From assembly GCA_002269645.1 (NCBI GenBank), contig NIVC01002187.1, positions 1-39,601 of the forward strand: a DNA stretch of 39,601 nucleotides, given 5' to 3'. Both the position numbers and the translations under genes were made by a program. The stretch's first letter is position 1, and the number at the start of each line of letters is the position of its first letter. The notes under the pieces are model-generated. The model had not been told where the DNA came from. It did not search any database and saw only the letters and a list, made by a program, of their open reading frames with translations. Shown piece by piece: positions 1-12,247 of this stretch. The DNA comes from Macrostomum lignano (Eukaryota).

Positions 1-204
1 TCTTCTCTCAACTCTCTCCTCTACTCTCTCATCTCTCCTCTCTACTATTTCCTCTCTCTCTCCTCTTATCTCTTCACTTTTTCCTCTCTCCTCTCTCCCC
101 TCTTCTCGCCTCTTCCCTCACCTCTTCTTTCTCGTCTAGTTGCTCTCTCATCTCTCCTTTCTCTTCTTTTATCTTTTCTCTTATCTGTTCTCATTTCTCT
201 CTGC

Positions 205-247
<43 letters not shown>

Positions 248-830
248 TCTCTCTCTTTCTCTCTTTTTCTCTCTTATCTCTACTCTCCCATCTCTCGTCT
301 GTTCACTCTCTGCTCCTCATCCCCCTCTTTCATCTGTTATCTTTATTGCTTATATGTTCTCACCTTTTTCCTCTGTACTCTTCTTTTCCTCTTTGACTCC
401 TCACTTTCCTTTCTCCTTTCTTTTCTTCTATTTTATTCCCGCTTCTATACTCTCTCCCTCTCTTGTCTCCTCTCTTCTCTCTCACTCACCTCTCCTCCTT
501 TATCTCTCATTTCTCATCTCCCTTACACCTCATCTCTACAACCTTATCTTTTCTCTCTTCCCTTTACTCTCATCTCTCCTTTTTCCTCCTCCTCTCTGCT
601 CTCCTCTCTCCTGTCTCCTCTCCTCTCATCTGCAGCTCTCTACTCTCCATCTCTACTCTCTTCTCTCTCCTTTCTCATCTCATCTCTCATCTCGCTTCTC
701 CTCTCTCCCTCTCTCTCCCCCTCTCTCGTCCTCACCCCCTCATCTCTCCTATTATCTATCTTTTTTCTTATCCTCTCTCTCGCCTCTCCTCTCTTTTCGA
801 ATCGTCTATTCCTTCTTTCCACTTTATTTG
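1..830. repeat. Pyrimidine-rich (CT)n-like low-complexity tract, running off the window start
   Basis: The plus strand is almost only C/T for ~830 nt, with a near-perfect (CT)n run around 211-258. The Leu/Ser-rich ORFs over it are compositional artefacts. Confidence 0.95.
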
Positions 831-2395
831 CCCTCAGCCATGAGCTGGATTCTTTATCTGGCCTTTGAGGTAAAAGTCTGTCTATCCTGTTTGGAAAGCC
901 AGTTTATGGGGCATAGACTTGTAGTATCTTATAGTTGTTCTCATGCTTTAATCATATCATCTTTCTTGCCTAAAACTAAAATTTCTATGGCACGACTAAT
1001 TTAGTGGAATTGTATTTGCAACACATCGTTTTTTTATAAATATTTCACTTTTACAAAACCATGCTGGATTGCCTGCCCTTGACTTGCCAATTGCCATCCA
1101 CTGTTAAACTGCTGCAGAATTGCCTATACAGATGGCAGTGGTTAGAATTTCTCACTAAACTGTTATGGCTAAATGTAACCTCTCCTCTTGGGTGCAGAGA
1201 AGGCTATAAAAAAGCTATTCCAAACATTGTACATTTGCTATGTACATTCAGCCCTATTGCTAACTCTTGGTCTGGCTCCGGGGGAATGAGTGAGTGAGTG
1301 GCACAAACAACAAAAAAAGCAGACAAACTTCACATGCTTACAGTTTCTGTTCTGATTGAGCTACAGAGTTGAATCTTTACATTTCAACAGAGAATAAGTC
1401 GATGCAGAATTATGTCAAGTTTGAAGTCAATCGCTTCATGTGGAGGCAAACTTATGGCAGCCAAAAGTAAGTAAATTATGAAACCCCTTTTTCTACATCC
1501 TGCCAGATAAGGGAAGGAGAGAGAGGTGGCAGTTGAAGTTGTTGCTACACTGAAAAAAGCAGCCTAACTTTAGAAGTACACAGCGCTGTTCAGGATTAAC
1601 TTTGAGACTCGAAATTTTACACGATTTTGTCAAATCAAAGTTGAAGATTTTTGTGTCAAATTTGAAAAGGACTGGTAAAACTGGAGTGGTGCTATAAAGA
1701 ATTTAGTGAAAAAATTGCGCATTTTAAACAGTTTTTTTGCACTTACTGGTAGGAAGACTTGAATTTAGGAAATTTTTTTTCCTAAATAAATTCAAGTTTC
1801 TCCTTGAATTTAGGTGGCCTAGGACATTCTCTGTAGTGAGCTTAGGGTGGGTGCAAAATTTGGTGTAATTTGGTTGACCACTTTGGGAGTCCATAGCGAT
1901 AAAAATTGTACACAGACACAGACACACACAGAGAGTTTTGATTTTTATAGGTATAGATGGTATATAAAGTTAACATTACTTTTTTGACTGTTGGCATACA
2001 AAGCTTTTTGTATATTCAAAGATACTTCATTTTTAGTGCATAAAAAAGTTTTATAGTTGTAAGTAAAACATTTTTTTATAATGTAAAATACAAATTTACA
2101 CAAGCATATATATTGTGCTATACCCTATATAATATTATCTATAGGAAAGGTTGATTATATACTTGATTGATTCAGTATGGTAGACAAAAAATTGTCAGGT
2201 AAAGAGTTCAAAATAAAATTGAAAAAGCAGTTACCTTTTATAGCAGTAAGCTTGCTATTGAATCAATTTTTTTTCTTATCTAATTTATTTTTCAGCAATT
2301 GGAACTGACGAAAAACCTTAGAGTTAAAGCAAGTCTATCTGAAGAGATATTCTAATAGTGTGGCAAGCTGTGCTTACAGTTAGCCATCCTTCACT

Positions 2396-2758
2396 ATGGC
2401 AATGATTATTCGGTTGCAAAATTTGTCCTGGAATGCTCAGGCAGCCGATGTACGCCGCTTTTTCTCTGGCTTATTCATTCCCGAGGGCGGGGTGCATATT
2501 GTTGGCGGCGAATTTGGCGACGCTTTTATCACGTTTGGTACCGAGGACGACGCTAGATTGGCGCTTAGACTCAACGGCCAGCAACTGTGTGGCGAGATTG
2601 TCAAATTGTTTGTTAGCTCTACGAGCGAGATGCAGCAGGTTGTGGCCAGAGCTAAGCAGGCTGCTGCTGCGGCAGCCGCTGTCGCTGCTGCACCTCCGCC
2701 CTCTCAGGCTGCTGTGCTGCCCTCCAATCTGTCCAACAGACCGCAGCCTGCTCAGCAG
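2396..2758 (+). CDS. RBM12: RBM12/RBM12B-like RNA-binding protein, coding exon 1 (N-terminal RRM plus Ala/Pro/Gln linker)
   Basis: MAMIIRLQNL...DVRRFFSGLFIPEGGVHIVGGEFGDAFITFGTEDDARL...SSTSEMQ closely follows the RBM12-family RRM1 signature (IRHFFSGLTIPDGGVHIVGGELGEAFIVFATDEDARL). Donor CAG|GTACAA at 2759 after 121 codons (phase 0). Confidence 0.9.
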
Positions 2759-3032
2759 GTACAAGCATTTTCAGGATATAGTATATAAACTCTTCTCTTC
2801 ATTTAGTAGTAAGAGTAGAGGTGGAAATAACATGTGATTTCACCCTCTTGTCTCTACAGCTAGTGCCGTCTTTTATGCCCAGAAAAATTCGCCGCATTCT
2901 ATGATCCGATGCATTGCATTTTTATCTGCCCATTTATCTCGCTATTTTTACCTTAAACTACCTCACTCTGAATTATTCCCCATTATCCAACCTCAGAACC
3001 GTCCATTAACAGTTTTTATCTGTCCCTTTTAG

Positions 3033-6000
3033 CTCGGATCCCAGCCGCGAATGCCGCCGCCACCTCATCAGTCTCAGCAGCAACCACACCAGCCGCCTCC
3101 CCAGCTGTCTATGGGCGGCTATCCACCAGAGAAGCGAAGGCGTGAAGCCATCGATGCTACGTATGATTACGCTGAGTACGATCACGCTATGAGCAGTGCT
3201 GGAGCGGCAGCCGCTGATTCTTATCAGCGGAAAAATGCAGGCGGTCAGTTTCAATCCAATTTTCGTCGGAACGGAGGCAACGCATACAACGTTAGTCAGC
3301 GCTATCACCAACATCAATCTGATGTACCGATGTCAAACGATGGCGGCGGAAGGAGTGCCAGATTCCCACCTGCCAGAGACGGTCGAGCTGTACCTTATGG
3401 CGGTGATCAAGTTTCGCCTAGCAGCGGTGATCAATTTCCACCTGGCGGCAGTGATCGATTTCCACCTGGCAGTCGCGATCGATTTCCACATAGCATTGGC
3501 GATCAACACCCACCTGCAAGCGGCGGTCAGTTCCCTCCAGGTAGACAGATCCAGCGTGATAGCCCATCGCAGGGTAATAACCATGCCTTTATGGCCGATA
3601 ACAGGGACAGATGGGAGCGCCATCCCGATCACTCGAAGCAGCAGCCTCCTATAAATCGTGACGAACCTTCCAACTATCAAGGGGCAACAAATTTGGAGTC
3701 GTTTCAACAACCGCCTGCGTTTCAGAATGAACGAAACCCGCAGGATTTCCGTGGCACTTTTAGTGCTCAAAATGAGAAGGTATATGCTGAAAGCGATGGC
3801 TGGCCATATTCGTCAAACAAACAGCGTAGTTTTGGAGGTGATGACTTATCGCATCAGTCCTTAGAGCCAGAGATAAGAGGCCGTAGTCGTGGTCGCGGTC
3901 GCGGTCTGGGTCGCGGCCAAAGTTCTAACAGTGAGAGAGGCTTTGACCCCCGACCTCAGCAACAGCCGTCAACAAGCCTTGGTCGAGATGGTCCCTCCAG
4001 TCTCTTGCAAAGACGAGGGGGTCAATCTCGTTTCACAGAAGGACGCGGTGGTCTGACTGGATCCGCTATTGGACCCGAAAGCCGAGTGGAGTTCGTTCAA
4101 CAAAGCGGTCGATCCGACGTTTTCAAAGGACAGGCCGGTCGATCTGACTTTACCAAAGGACGAGAAGGCCTATCTGGTTTCAATGAAGGACGAGGAGGCC
4201 GAATTGGTTTCAACAAAGGCCGAGGTGGTCGATCTGACTTTATCGAAGGACGAGGAGGCTTATCTGGTTTCAACGAAGGACGAGGAGGCCGAACTGGTTT
4301 CAACGAGGGCCGAGGTGGTCGATCTGACTTTACGAAGGACGAGGAGGCCGAACTGGTTTTAATAATGGAGGTCGAGGAGGCCAAACTGGTTTCAACGAAG
4401 GCCGAGGTGGTCGATCTGACTTAATCGAAGGACGAGGAGGCCTATCTGGTTTCAACGAAGGACGAGGAGGCCGATCTGGTTTCAACGAAGGCCGAGGTGG
4501 TCGATCTGACTTTATCGAAGGACGAGGAGGCCTATCTGGTTTCAACGAAGGACGAGGAGGCCTATCTGGTTTCAACGAAGGACGAGGAGGCCTATCTGGT
4601 TTCAACGAAGGACGAGGAGGCCTATCTGGTTTCAACGAAGGACTAGGAGGCCGAGCTGGTTTCAACGAAGGCCGAGGTGGTCGATCTGACTTTATCGAAG
4701 GACGAGAAGGCCTATCTGGTTTTAATAATGAAGGTCGGGGTCCACCTGGTTTTAATGAAGGTCAAAGTTCACCAGGTTTTAATGAAGGTCGAGGTCCACC
4801 TGACTTTACTGCAGGACGAGGAGGCCGATCTGGTTTTAAGGAAGGCCGAGGCGGTCGATCTGACTATACTGAAGGACGAGGAGACCGATCTGGTTTTTTC
4901 GAAGGCCAAGGTCGAACTGGCGTTAATGAAGGGCGAGAAAGTTTTCCTGGTTACAGTGAAGGCCAGTGTCGTCCTGGCCTTATTGAAATTCAAGGCGGCG
5001 GGTCTGGTCTTTTGGAAGAGCGACGAGCTGGAAAGTTCTTGGGCGAACCAGGTGATCAGCTTAAATTTCCAGACAGAAGTGGCGTACGCTCAACTAGTCT
5101 CCTGGGCAGACCGGATAGCCAGACTCTTGCCTATGGAGCTAGAGGTGGTCAGAACCCGGAGGAATGGAGTGGGCAATATCTGCATGCTCGAGGTCAGAAC
5201 CCAGATGTAGCAGCTAGCCAGGACCCTGATGAACAAGATCAGCCTTCGGTTGTGCATAACGACGAAGTTCTTGGTGGTCAATCTGGAATTCCAGAAAGAC
5301 GCGGAGGCCGATCAAGATTCTCAGACGAAGGAAAAGCCTTTCGACCGGACCGAGACTTTTCTGGGCAACAGAAAGGTTTTGAAGGAAACATCATTCAAAC
5401 GGAGAAAACCTTTGCTGGTCGAGGCAGTCAGTTTGGTCAATGCTTACCAATCGGTCAACCTATAGGCCTTGCTAGTGCTGGTCCCGGTGGAAATCTACAG
5501 CACCCTCATCAACCAGGGCCTTCTGCTCCGAGTTTTCAAGGTCGAGGTGTTTCTCCACAGACAGCACTTTCAATGCATCCCAAGTCGAGCATTCCCGGAC
5601 CGCCACAACACTCAATGCGAGCCCCTGCGCCCCCGAGGCCTCAGGCAGCTATTCTATCGCCTAATATTCGGTCGCCAACTCCTCCTAAACCCATGATGGC
5701 TCCTGCATCAGAGAGAGTGACACAGCCATCAGCAGATTTGCAGCCGGTGGCCTCGCGCGGCCGAGGAATTGGCTTTCGTCGTAGCCGTTTTGACAACAAC
5801 ACCAACGATGACATCCGAGCCAGTGAAGAAACTGAAATCCCAGGGGCTCCATTATCCCAACAGCCGGGCAGTGGGCGCGGTATCGGATTTGCGTTGGCAC
5901 GCAACCGCATGACTGCAATCGGTGCTGGGATCAGACCGCCGGAACAGATGCTTCCTCGACCCCAAATGCCCCATCAACAGCAGACACAAACAATGTCCGG

Positions 6001-7522
6001 GCAGAATGCTGATGATTCAGCCACCATGATGATTCGCAATATCCGCAACAGCAGCGATTCGACACCATCGTCTGCACCCACTGAACCTGTAGGCCTCTTC
6101 CGACCTCGCCCATGGGAAGTGGCCGCAGCCGACACCAACAGATTAGCTCCACATCTTGTTTCGCCTGAGCAGAAACCCGAACCAAAAACTATTCAACCTG
6201 CTCCTCAGGAGCGGTCAGATCATACTCCGATTGTTCAAAATCCTGTAGTATCGGCTTCGCCGTCGCGGCAGCGTAATCAATCGCCCGCACGACAAGAACA
6301 AATGAAAACTACTGTTCCAGTTTCAAAAACCGAAGCTCCTGCTGTCGATCCCAGTTCTGTTTCTGCCCCGATCAAATACGAACGGGGTCAAAACGACGCC
6401 CACTATCTAGCACTGCGTGACGTACCATTAGATGCCCGCTATAATGATGTGGTTGGGGCACTACCAGCCGGAGTTCGTCTGTCCCACTCGGCTATTAAGT
6501 ACGAGGCCGATGCGCTTCGCCGACGAACTGGCCAGGTCTTCATCCGACTGACAGACATCGCCGATCAACGTCGCTGTCTCGCCTCTCCTAAGACTTTGGC
6601 CTCTAGAATTCACGTTCGGCAATCTTGTGAGCATGAATTCATTAGCGCCAACGATCCAACGCTGAGCGAATCCAAGATGGTTGCAGAGGCTGGAGGACCT
6701 CTGCCCAGCTATCCGAAGTGTCCATCGCCTTACCACGATGACTGTTGTCTAGAGATCAGCGGTTTGCCAAAGCCGATTCTACGCGACGATTTAGTGTCAA
6801 TCTTCGGTCAATCTGTTATAACTGATCCTGTCAATGATATTTTTATTGACCAGAGCAAATGCCCTTTTACGGCCACCGCCTATGTTCATTTCTCTCTGTA
6901 CAGCGGCTTTCAAAACGCTTTGAGCACTGATGCCAGCAAACATTTCCCTGGCGCTTCTGTGTGTGCCATTTCGATGATTCAGTTTCGAGAATATGCTACC
7001 ATCTCCCGCAAAGCGGCCGTTGCGTCGCTTTCCGACATCAATCTTGACTTTAGGCTGACGCGAGATCAACGACTAGCCGCGGCTTCGGGCGCAGCGACTG
7101 TTGCGAAAGGCGACAGTGGACCGGACGACAGCAAGCAGGTTTGCGTTGAAGTGCAGAACCTGCCGTTAGACGCCACCACGCAGGAGCTGCGTGATTTTTT
7201 TAACCCATTTATCATCGAACGGGACGCCATCCAGCTGATTGTGCACGGCTCTTCTCTACAGGCCTTTGCCCAGTTTATCGACTCTAAGGTCGCTTCTGAC
7301 GCCGTAGCAAAGAACGATGGACGACGATTGCGCGGCGCTGTTCTTGCGCTACGCCTGCGCTCTCTGGGTCAGCGTAGAGAGGCGCTGGCTGCGCTGGGCA
7401 TTTCCGCTGCAAACACCACGGTACAAGCGGCTGGACAGAAGCGGTCATCCTCATCATCATCTTCCAAGTCAAAGAAACAGTCTAGGCGGCGCAGCCGAAG
7501 CAGACGCGAAGGAAGGCGCTAA
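3033..7522 (+). CDS. RBM12: RBM12-like protein, large coding exon 2 (low-complexity region, RGG array, Pro-rich region, three C-terminal RRM-like domains, Ser/Arg tail); contains one 1-nt frameshift at ~4332
   Basis: Acceptor TTTTATCTGTCCCTTTTAG at 3031-3032 joins in phase 0 to ORF 3051-4424. At 4326-4336 the repeat reads GAC TTT AC GAA instead of GAC TTT ATC/ACC GAA. Adding one base gives a stop-free frame that runs into ORF 5012-7522. That ORF has RRM-like segments (YLALRDVPLDAR...GQVFIRL; CLEISGLPK...TAYVHF; VEVQNLPLDATTQELRDFF...QAFAQF) and ends SRRRSRSRREGRR. Corrected product is about 1617 aa. Confidence 0.82.
4038..4960 (+). repeat. Coding 30-bp minisatellite encoding EGRGGLSGFN / EGRGGRSDFI decapeptides (about 30 units)
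   Basis: Units GAAGGACGAGGAGGCCTATCTGGTTTCAAC and GAAGGCCGAGGTGGTCGATCTGACTTTATC read directly; they degrade at both ends. Confidence 0.92.
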
Positions 7523-9340
7523 AATTCAAAATAATCAACATAAATTTCCCGGTCGTGATGAATTAAATAGTAGGTGAGGCGCTCAGTCATAAGATTGGTT
7601 TTTAATTCAAATTGGTTTACAATCTATGGGACACAAGGTGCACGACATTGACCGAAATGTCACTTCACGGTAATGACCTCTGCTTAATGGCTGGTCATTA
7701 ACTTAAAGTCCTGTTTCGACCATCGACAATTCAATCAATGCAGCTAATATAAAGCGGGAATTTAAGTTAATGGCCAATGACAGAGGAATGTTGCAGTTGA
7801 GCATACATGCGAGTAGCTGAGTAATTTACAAGGAGCTATTTTAAAACGATGGAAGTTTGCACAATGGTGTCACGATAGCGCCACAATGACAATGCAACTG
7901 TGCAGCCAGATGTGCTCTTACGGCCGATTTCGCTACTTTGGAGTTCAGTTCCATAGCTACTGCTGGTGCGGCTCGGCCTGCGGATCGCATGGCCATTAAC
8001 TTATATTCTCGCTTTATATTAATTAACCTGCCATTAATAGGTTGTATGAGTTAATAATCGATTATCGATAAAACCTTAATACCTTCAAACATTGATTCGC
8101 ATTCTTTACTAGATCGTCTTTCGTTATTAATTCCTATTTCTCTAAAAGCTGCACATTAGCAGAAATGACATCGGGCAACTCATTGATTTATGCGATCATC
8201 CATGTTTTCACGTCAGACAACTGTCTTCTATAATTTACCGGAACTACACTCACTGACTAACTTCTTATTCTTCATCCAATATACCTCACGACTTACCAGT
8301 TGCCCCTGTGTAAAGTCTTGAATAGGGTTTTCGAAGTTTCTACAAGTACTATGGCTTTAATATTTAGCATCGCCTTGTCCCTGCTATTTCAATATGTTTC
8401 AATATGACCAACCGCTGGTTGAAACGAACTGAAAATATGAAGAAATATTGCACTTATAATTTCCTTTCAAACATTGATTAGATAAATCTGGAAATCAAAT
8501 TACAGAAAACATTGCTGTCAAAACTTTAACTTTCTCCGGGGCTCAAGGTGTCAAAAAATATTCTTGCCACCAAAAAATAAGCAGTTTGATGTGCATACAC
8601 GCTTATTTTAATTGCAGCTTTTCGTTTGTAATTTTCTGCTATTTGGGTTTCTTTAAATATTAAAGAATATCACAACGTTCTCTCTACAGAATTAAATGTG
8701 CTATGAGAATTCCACCTATTCTTTTGAAGAAGTCTACTAGCTACAGCTTTCTACTTAGATAAACAGACGCCTTTGAAAAAGATCCATGATAATGGTGCTC
8801 TCCATCTTTGTCAACTAGCCATTTCCGACTTCACAATTCTGGGAATTCCTAAATTAAAACTACAGTCTTGTGGTCCTCCCTGCGAAATGTCACCTGTCTA
8901 CAACAGTAAAATAATTCTGCAACGGTTAGTCATCGTCTCATAGTCCATGACAATTTAAATGTATCCATTTATTAGAACGACATAATACTCATAAAACGAG
9001 CTGTGTCTATCCCTAAAGGTTTCTCTATGCTCTAAATTTTTTAATACTTTTTTGTAAACAATTCCGCTCTTCATTTTCAAATCGATATGCCTACGATAAT
9101 ATTTATGCCATTGGATAAGAAATCCCATTAATTCAATGGTCTGAAGTAATTACATCAAGTTGAATGAGCCAGACTGATAATGGAAGCCGAAGATCGTTCT
9201 GAAAGGCTACGAAAGGCAAACCACTGATACCATTGCTGGGCGCCAGAAAACTATTCACTTTGTTCAGGACTTCTAGCTCTCAATAAATCACTTGTTAGAT
9301 TTTAAAGACAAAACAGGAAACTTTATAGTATTTCTGACAC

Positions 9341-10826
9341 TACGAAAGTGTTCAAAGGGTGTCCAATTTCTGGATATGGAAACAGTCGATGTTAAATCAG
9401 AAAAGAAATGTTACTACTTCCAAATACCCCAGCTGCATCCAGCTGCAGCTCATCCTCTCAAACCACATAGAATAGCAGCTACCCCACTCCAACTGAGGGA
9501 TGTTAAACAGGATGCACGTAGAGTGCCTCAATAGCCATTTCTGGCTACTCAAGTGAAACTCCCTTGTGCAGACGCTTGGCCAGAGGAAAGACAAAGAAGT
9601 CGCTCGGGGCCAGTTCAAGGCTCTAAGGTTGATGCTGAAGTAGCTGGACACTGCTCTACTCCATGAGCTCAATAGTTTGTCCAAGTTGTCGAGCTGTGTG
9701 GGCCGTGGCGTTGACCTGGTGGAATAGTAGTCCCCATGTCGCGTCTTTGGGTATCTTTCAGCAACAGCTTGCAGCATCCGAGGCATACACACCGTCACAT
9801 ACCAGCTGGCAGTCACTGTTTACTGCCACTGTGCGTCTACGAGCCACGAAAACAGCCGTCATCTGCTTGATGACGTGAATCAGTCCAGCTGGGATTGGCA
9901 AAAATCGACCCGATCTTGCTTCTGCTCCATAGTCAGGTGATGAGGCACCCCAGCGGGCAGACACCTCAACCCGAGCTTTTTCTGCAGAATAGTCATTGGT
10001 CAACATACTTCCCGATAAATTCCGACAGCAGTGGCAAGCTGTTGCACCGTTGATCATGGATTTCGTCGATCAGTGCCTGCACTGCAGCCACGTTGGCATC
10101 AGTTGTCGAGCTTGGTGGTCGTCCAGCTCGACTTTCGTCTTCAAGCGAAGTTTGGCATTTAACAAACCAGTCGAAAATGGTTGTTCTTGAAGGTGCACCA
10201 TCTCTAAATCTAAAGGCTAAGCGAAGCCGCTCTAGGCATTCCGACTGGTTTAGATTCGATTTGTAATCGAAATAAATCATTGCTCGCCAGTGGGTGCGCG
10301 ACAGTTCCATTGCGATAGTTTTACATTTGAGTGGATGGGTTGCTTTGAAACGACATTTTGACGCCTAGGTATACAAATGCAGTAAAGCCTTTCTATTTTT
10401 GTGCACGATACAAACAAGCAAACAACAGGTACCGCGTTATGATGTACTCATCGTTTAAACACGCTGGAAGGAGCCAAACAATTGTCAAAGCGGTTGCGAA
10501 AAAGCTGACAGCTGCGGATCCCAATGGAATTAAGCAAAGCGTTTATTTATTTATTTATTTAAACGAGTGTTTATTCATTGGTTCGAAGAAGACAAAAAAT
10601 TGAGAAATGGCGGCCAAGACAAATGCAAGACGGGCTGGGTGCTGGGGTTTTAAACCGGCCGGCGCGGCCAACACTCCCACACCTCAACCCCCACCAGAGT
10701 ACAGAGGCATGTACAGCGGCACCTCCCGGCGCGTCTAACACACCTTACTCTGAGAGTAATGATTACAATATCACCCAGAGTGCAACTGTTTACTTTTAGT
10801 CCGGAACTTTGTTGAACACCCTCTTA
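9341..10826 (-). mobile_element. Possible full extent of the decayed mariner (diverged TIRs)
   Basis: The right end reverse-complements to TA-AGAGGGTGTTCAACAAAGTTCCGGACT, a mariner-like TIR. The left region TACGAAAGTGTTCAAAGGGTGTCCAATTTCTGGA is only weakly similar. The 5' part is too long for a typical mariner and may contain an insertion at ~10540-10790. Confidence 0.4.
9400..10310 (-). pseudogene. Decayed mariner-family (Tc1/mariner) transposase
   Basis: N-terminal HTH MELSRTHWRAMIYFDYKSNLNQSECLERL...PSRTTIFDWF...SLEDESRAGRP. Across frameshifts: SARW-VPHHLT, RTVTASWY, LLFHQVNATAHTA (HHDNA with D>V) and P*SLELAPSDFFVF (YSPDLAPSDF). Several stops, and the TGDETW segment is deleted. Confidence 0.9.
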
Positions 10827-11528
10827 TTCCTGTTCAAATCGAGTGAAAAAGCCAAGCCGACCTTTGCAGCAGGATACTTAAATCAGTGCCTTGTAGCTTG
10901 CTTTCACTTCGATCTTATCACAAAATTTACCATTGGCATATCATTACTAAATAACATAAAATGTTTCTAACGTACGTCGTAAAAACTCTTATAAAGTACA
11001 TCAATCTGCTTTTCAATCAAGCAAGCTCTTTGTGTAGCGCATTTGGCTCAGTGGCTCACCGATCAATAATTTACATTAAGCTACCGAGTTCCAAATGCGC
11101 TTACATTGCCACAGAATAAAATTCCCGTTTCCAACTGCGTAATACGCAATTTCACAACCATCGTACGTATAAAGCAAAGCAAGAAATCTTTCGTACCCAC
11201 TGATTTTCAATTAAATCTCTTCACTTGACTATTCTTTATCTAAAAAAGCTGCTATAACTTCTATTGCTGCATTTGATTTCACAAAAGTTACAAACGCTAC
11301 TGAAGATATTTCATTAGTCATTAATTCAGTAATGGCGTCTGATTAAAGACTAAAGAGACGTGAATGTATTTAGATCTTTGATTTTGAGAAAATTTCTGTA
11401 AACTTATTTAACTTCCGATGGGTAACTCCAACCAATTGATGAAGTACAGCAAAAGCGCCCAGCTTATTGTGGTTCATCATTATTTTTCTTTACACGTGGC
11501 ACGGACCCGTCTTACTCAATGTGCCCAA

Positions 11529-11890
11529 GGACTACTCAAGTAAGGACGGGAAATCTCATTTCTTGGAAAATTTTAGATGGAAGGTCTTTTTTTAAAAAGA
11601 ACACTACAGAGATAGAAAGTTTTCATTTTCAGCACAAAAATTGTTATTGCTTTCGATAGAAGACAAATCCAGTGTGCATCTTTTGATATGATGTGCCTTA
11701 ATTTCTTATTGCTCTATTGATATTCATAAAGCTTTTAGTTCAGAAAAATAGGATTCTATGTTAATTTCGTATTCAACTAACATTTTTTCCTGTTCTCTGT
11801 GACTAAAAACCATTAAAGTGGCACGGCCAGCTCATGGGTTTTATGAATTTATTTATCATTTTTAGCTGCTGTGCAACAAATATGTGTAAC
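11529..11890 (+). mobile_element. Copy 1 of a ~380-bp non-autonomous repeat (GGACT terminus, TTAA-associated; Kolobok-like MITE inferred)
   Basis: Colinear similarity to the reverse complement of 11963-12247 and to 22649-23034, e.g. TTTTCAGCACAAAAATTGT...GCTCTATTGATATTCATA. Confidence 0.7.
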
Positions 11891-11962
11891 AGAGATTGCT
11901 GCATTTGATTTCACAAAAGTTACAAACGCTACTGAAGATATTCATGAAAAATCATGAAAATC

Positions 11963-12247
11963 ATTTTCATGATTTTTACGCACAGGGAAGAGGGAACATA
12001 CGTAGAATATAAAAATAACAGAATCCTAATTTTCTGAACAAAAAGCTTTATGAACATCAATAGAGCAATAAAAAGGCACAACATATCAAAATATAAACAC
12101 TAGATCTGCCTTCCATCGAAAGCAATTACAATTTTTGTGCTCAAAAATGAAAACCTATCTCCGTAGTGTATTTCTTCGGGGAAAAAACCGGCCTCCTAAA
12201 ATTTTCCAAGAAACGAGATTTCCCGTCAATCTACTGCATGATAGTCC
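11963..12247 (-). mobile_element. Copy 2 (inverted, truncated) of the same repeat family
   Basis: Ends GATAGTCC|TTAA (12247|12248-12251). Its reverse complement aligns by eye with 11529-11810 at roughly three-quarters identity. Confidence 0.7.

Noticed and set aside
140-1004. Leu/Ser-rich ORFs
   Set aside because: Produced by the stop-poor CT-only tract.
1570-1960. Possible Helitron/Helentron-like non-autonomous end (CAGACA repeat followed by TTTTTATAGGTATAGAT)
   Set aside because: Resemblance only; no terminal hairpin, second copy or 5' end could be established.
4069-5210. Alternative-frame ORFs (KDEEAYLVST repeats; antisense KPDRPPRPS repeats)
   Set aside because: Shadows of the coding RGG minisatellite.
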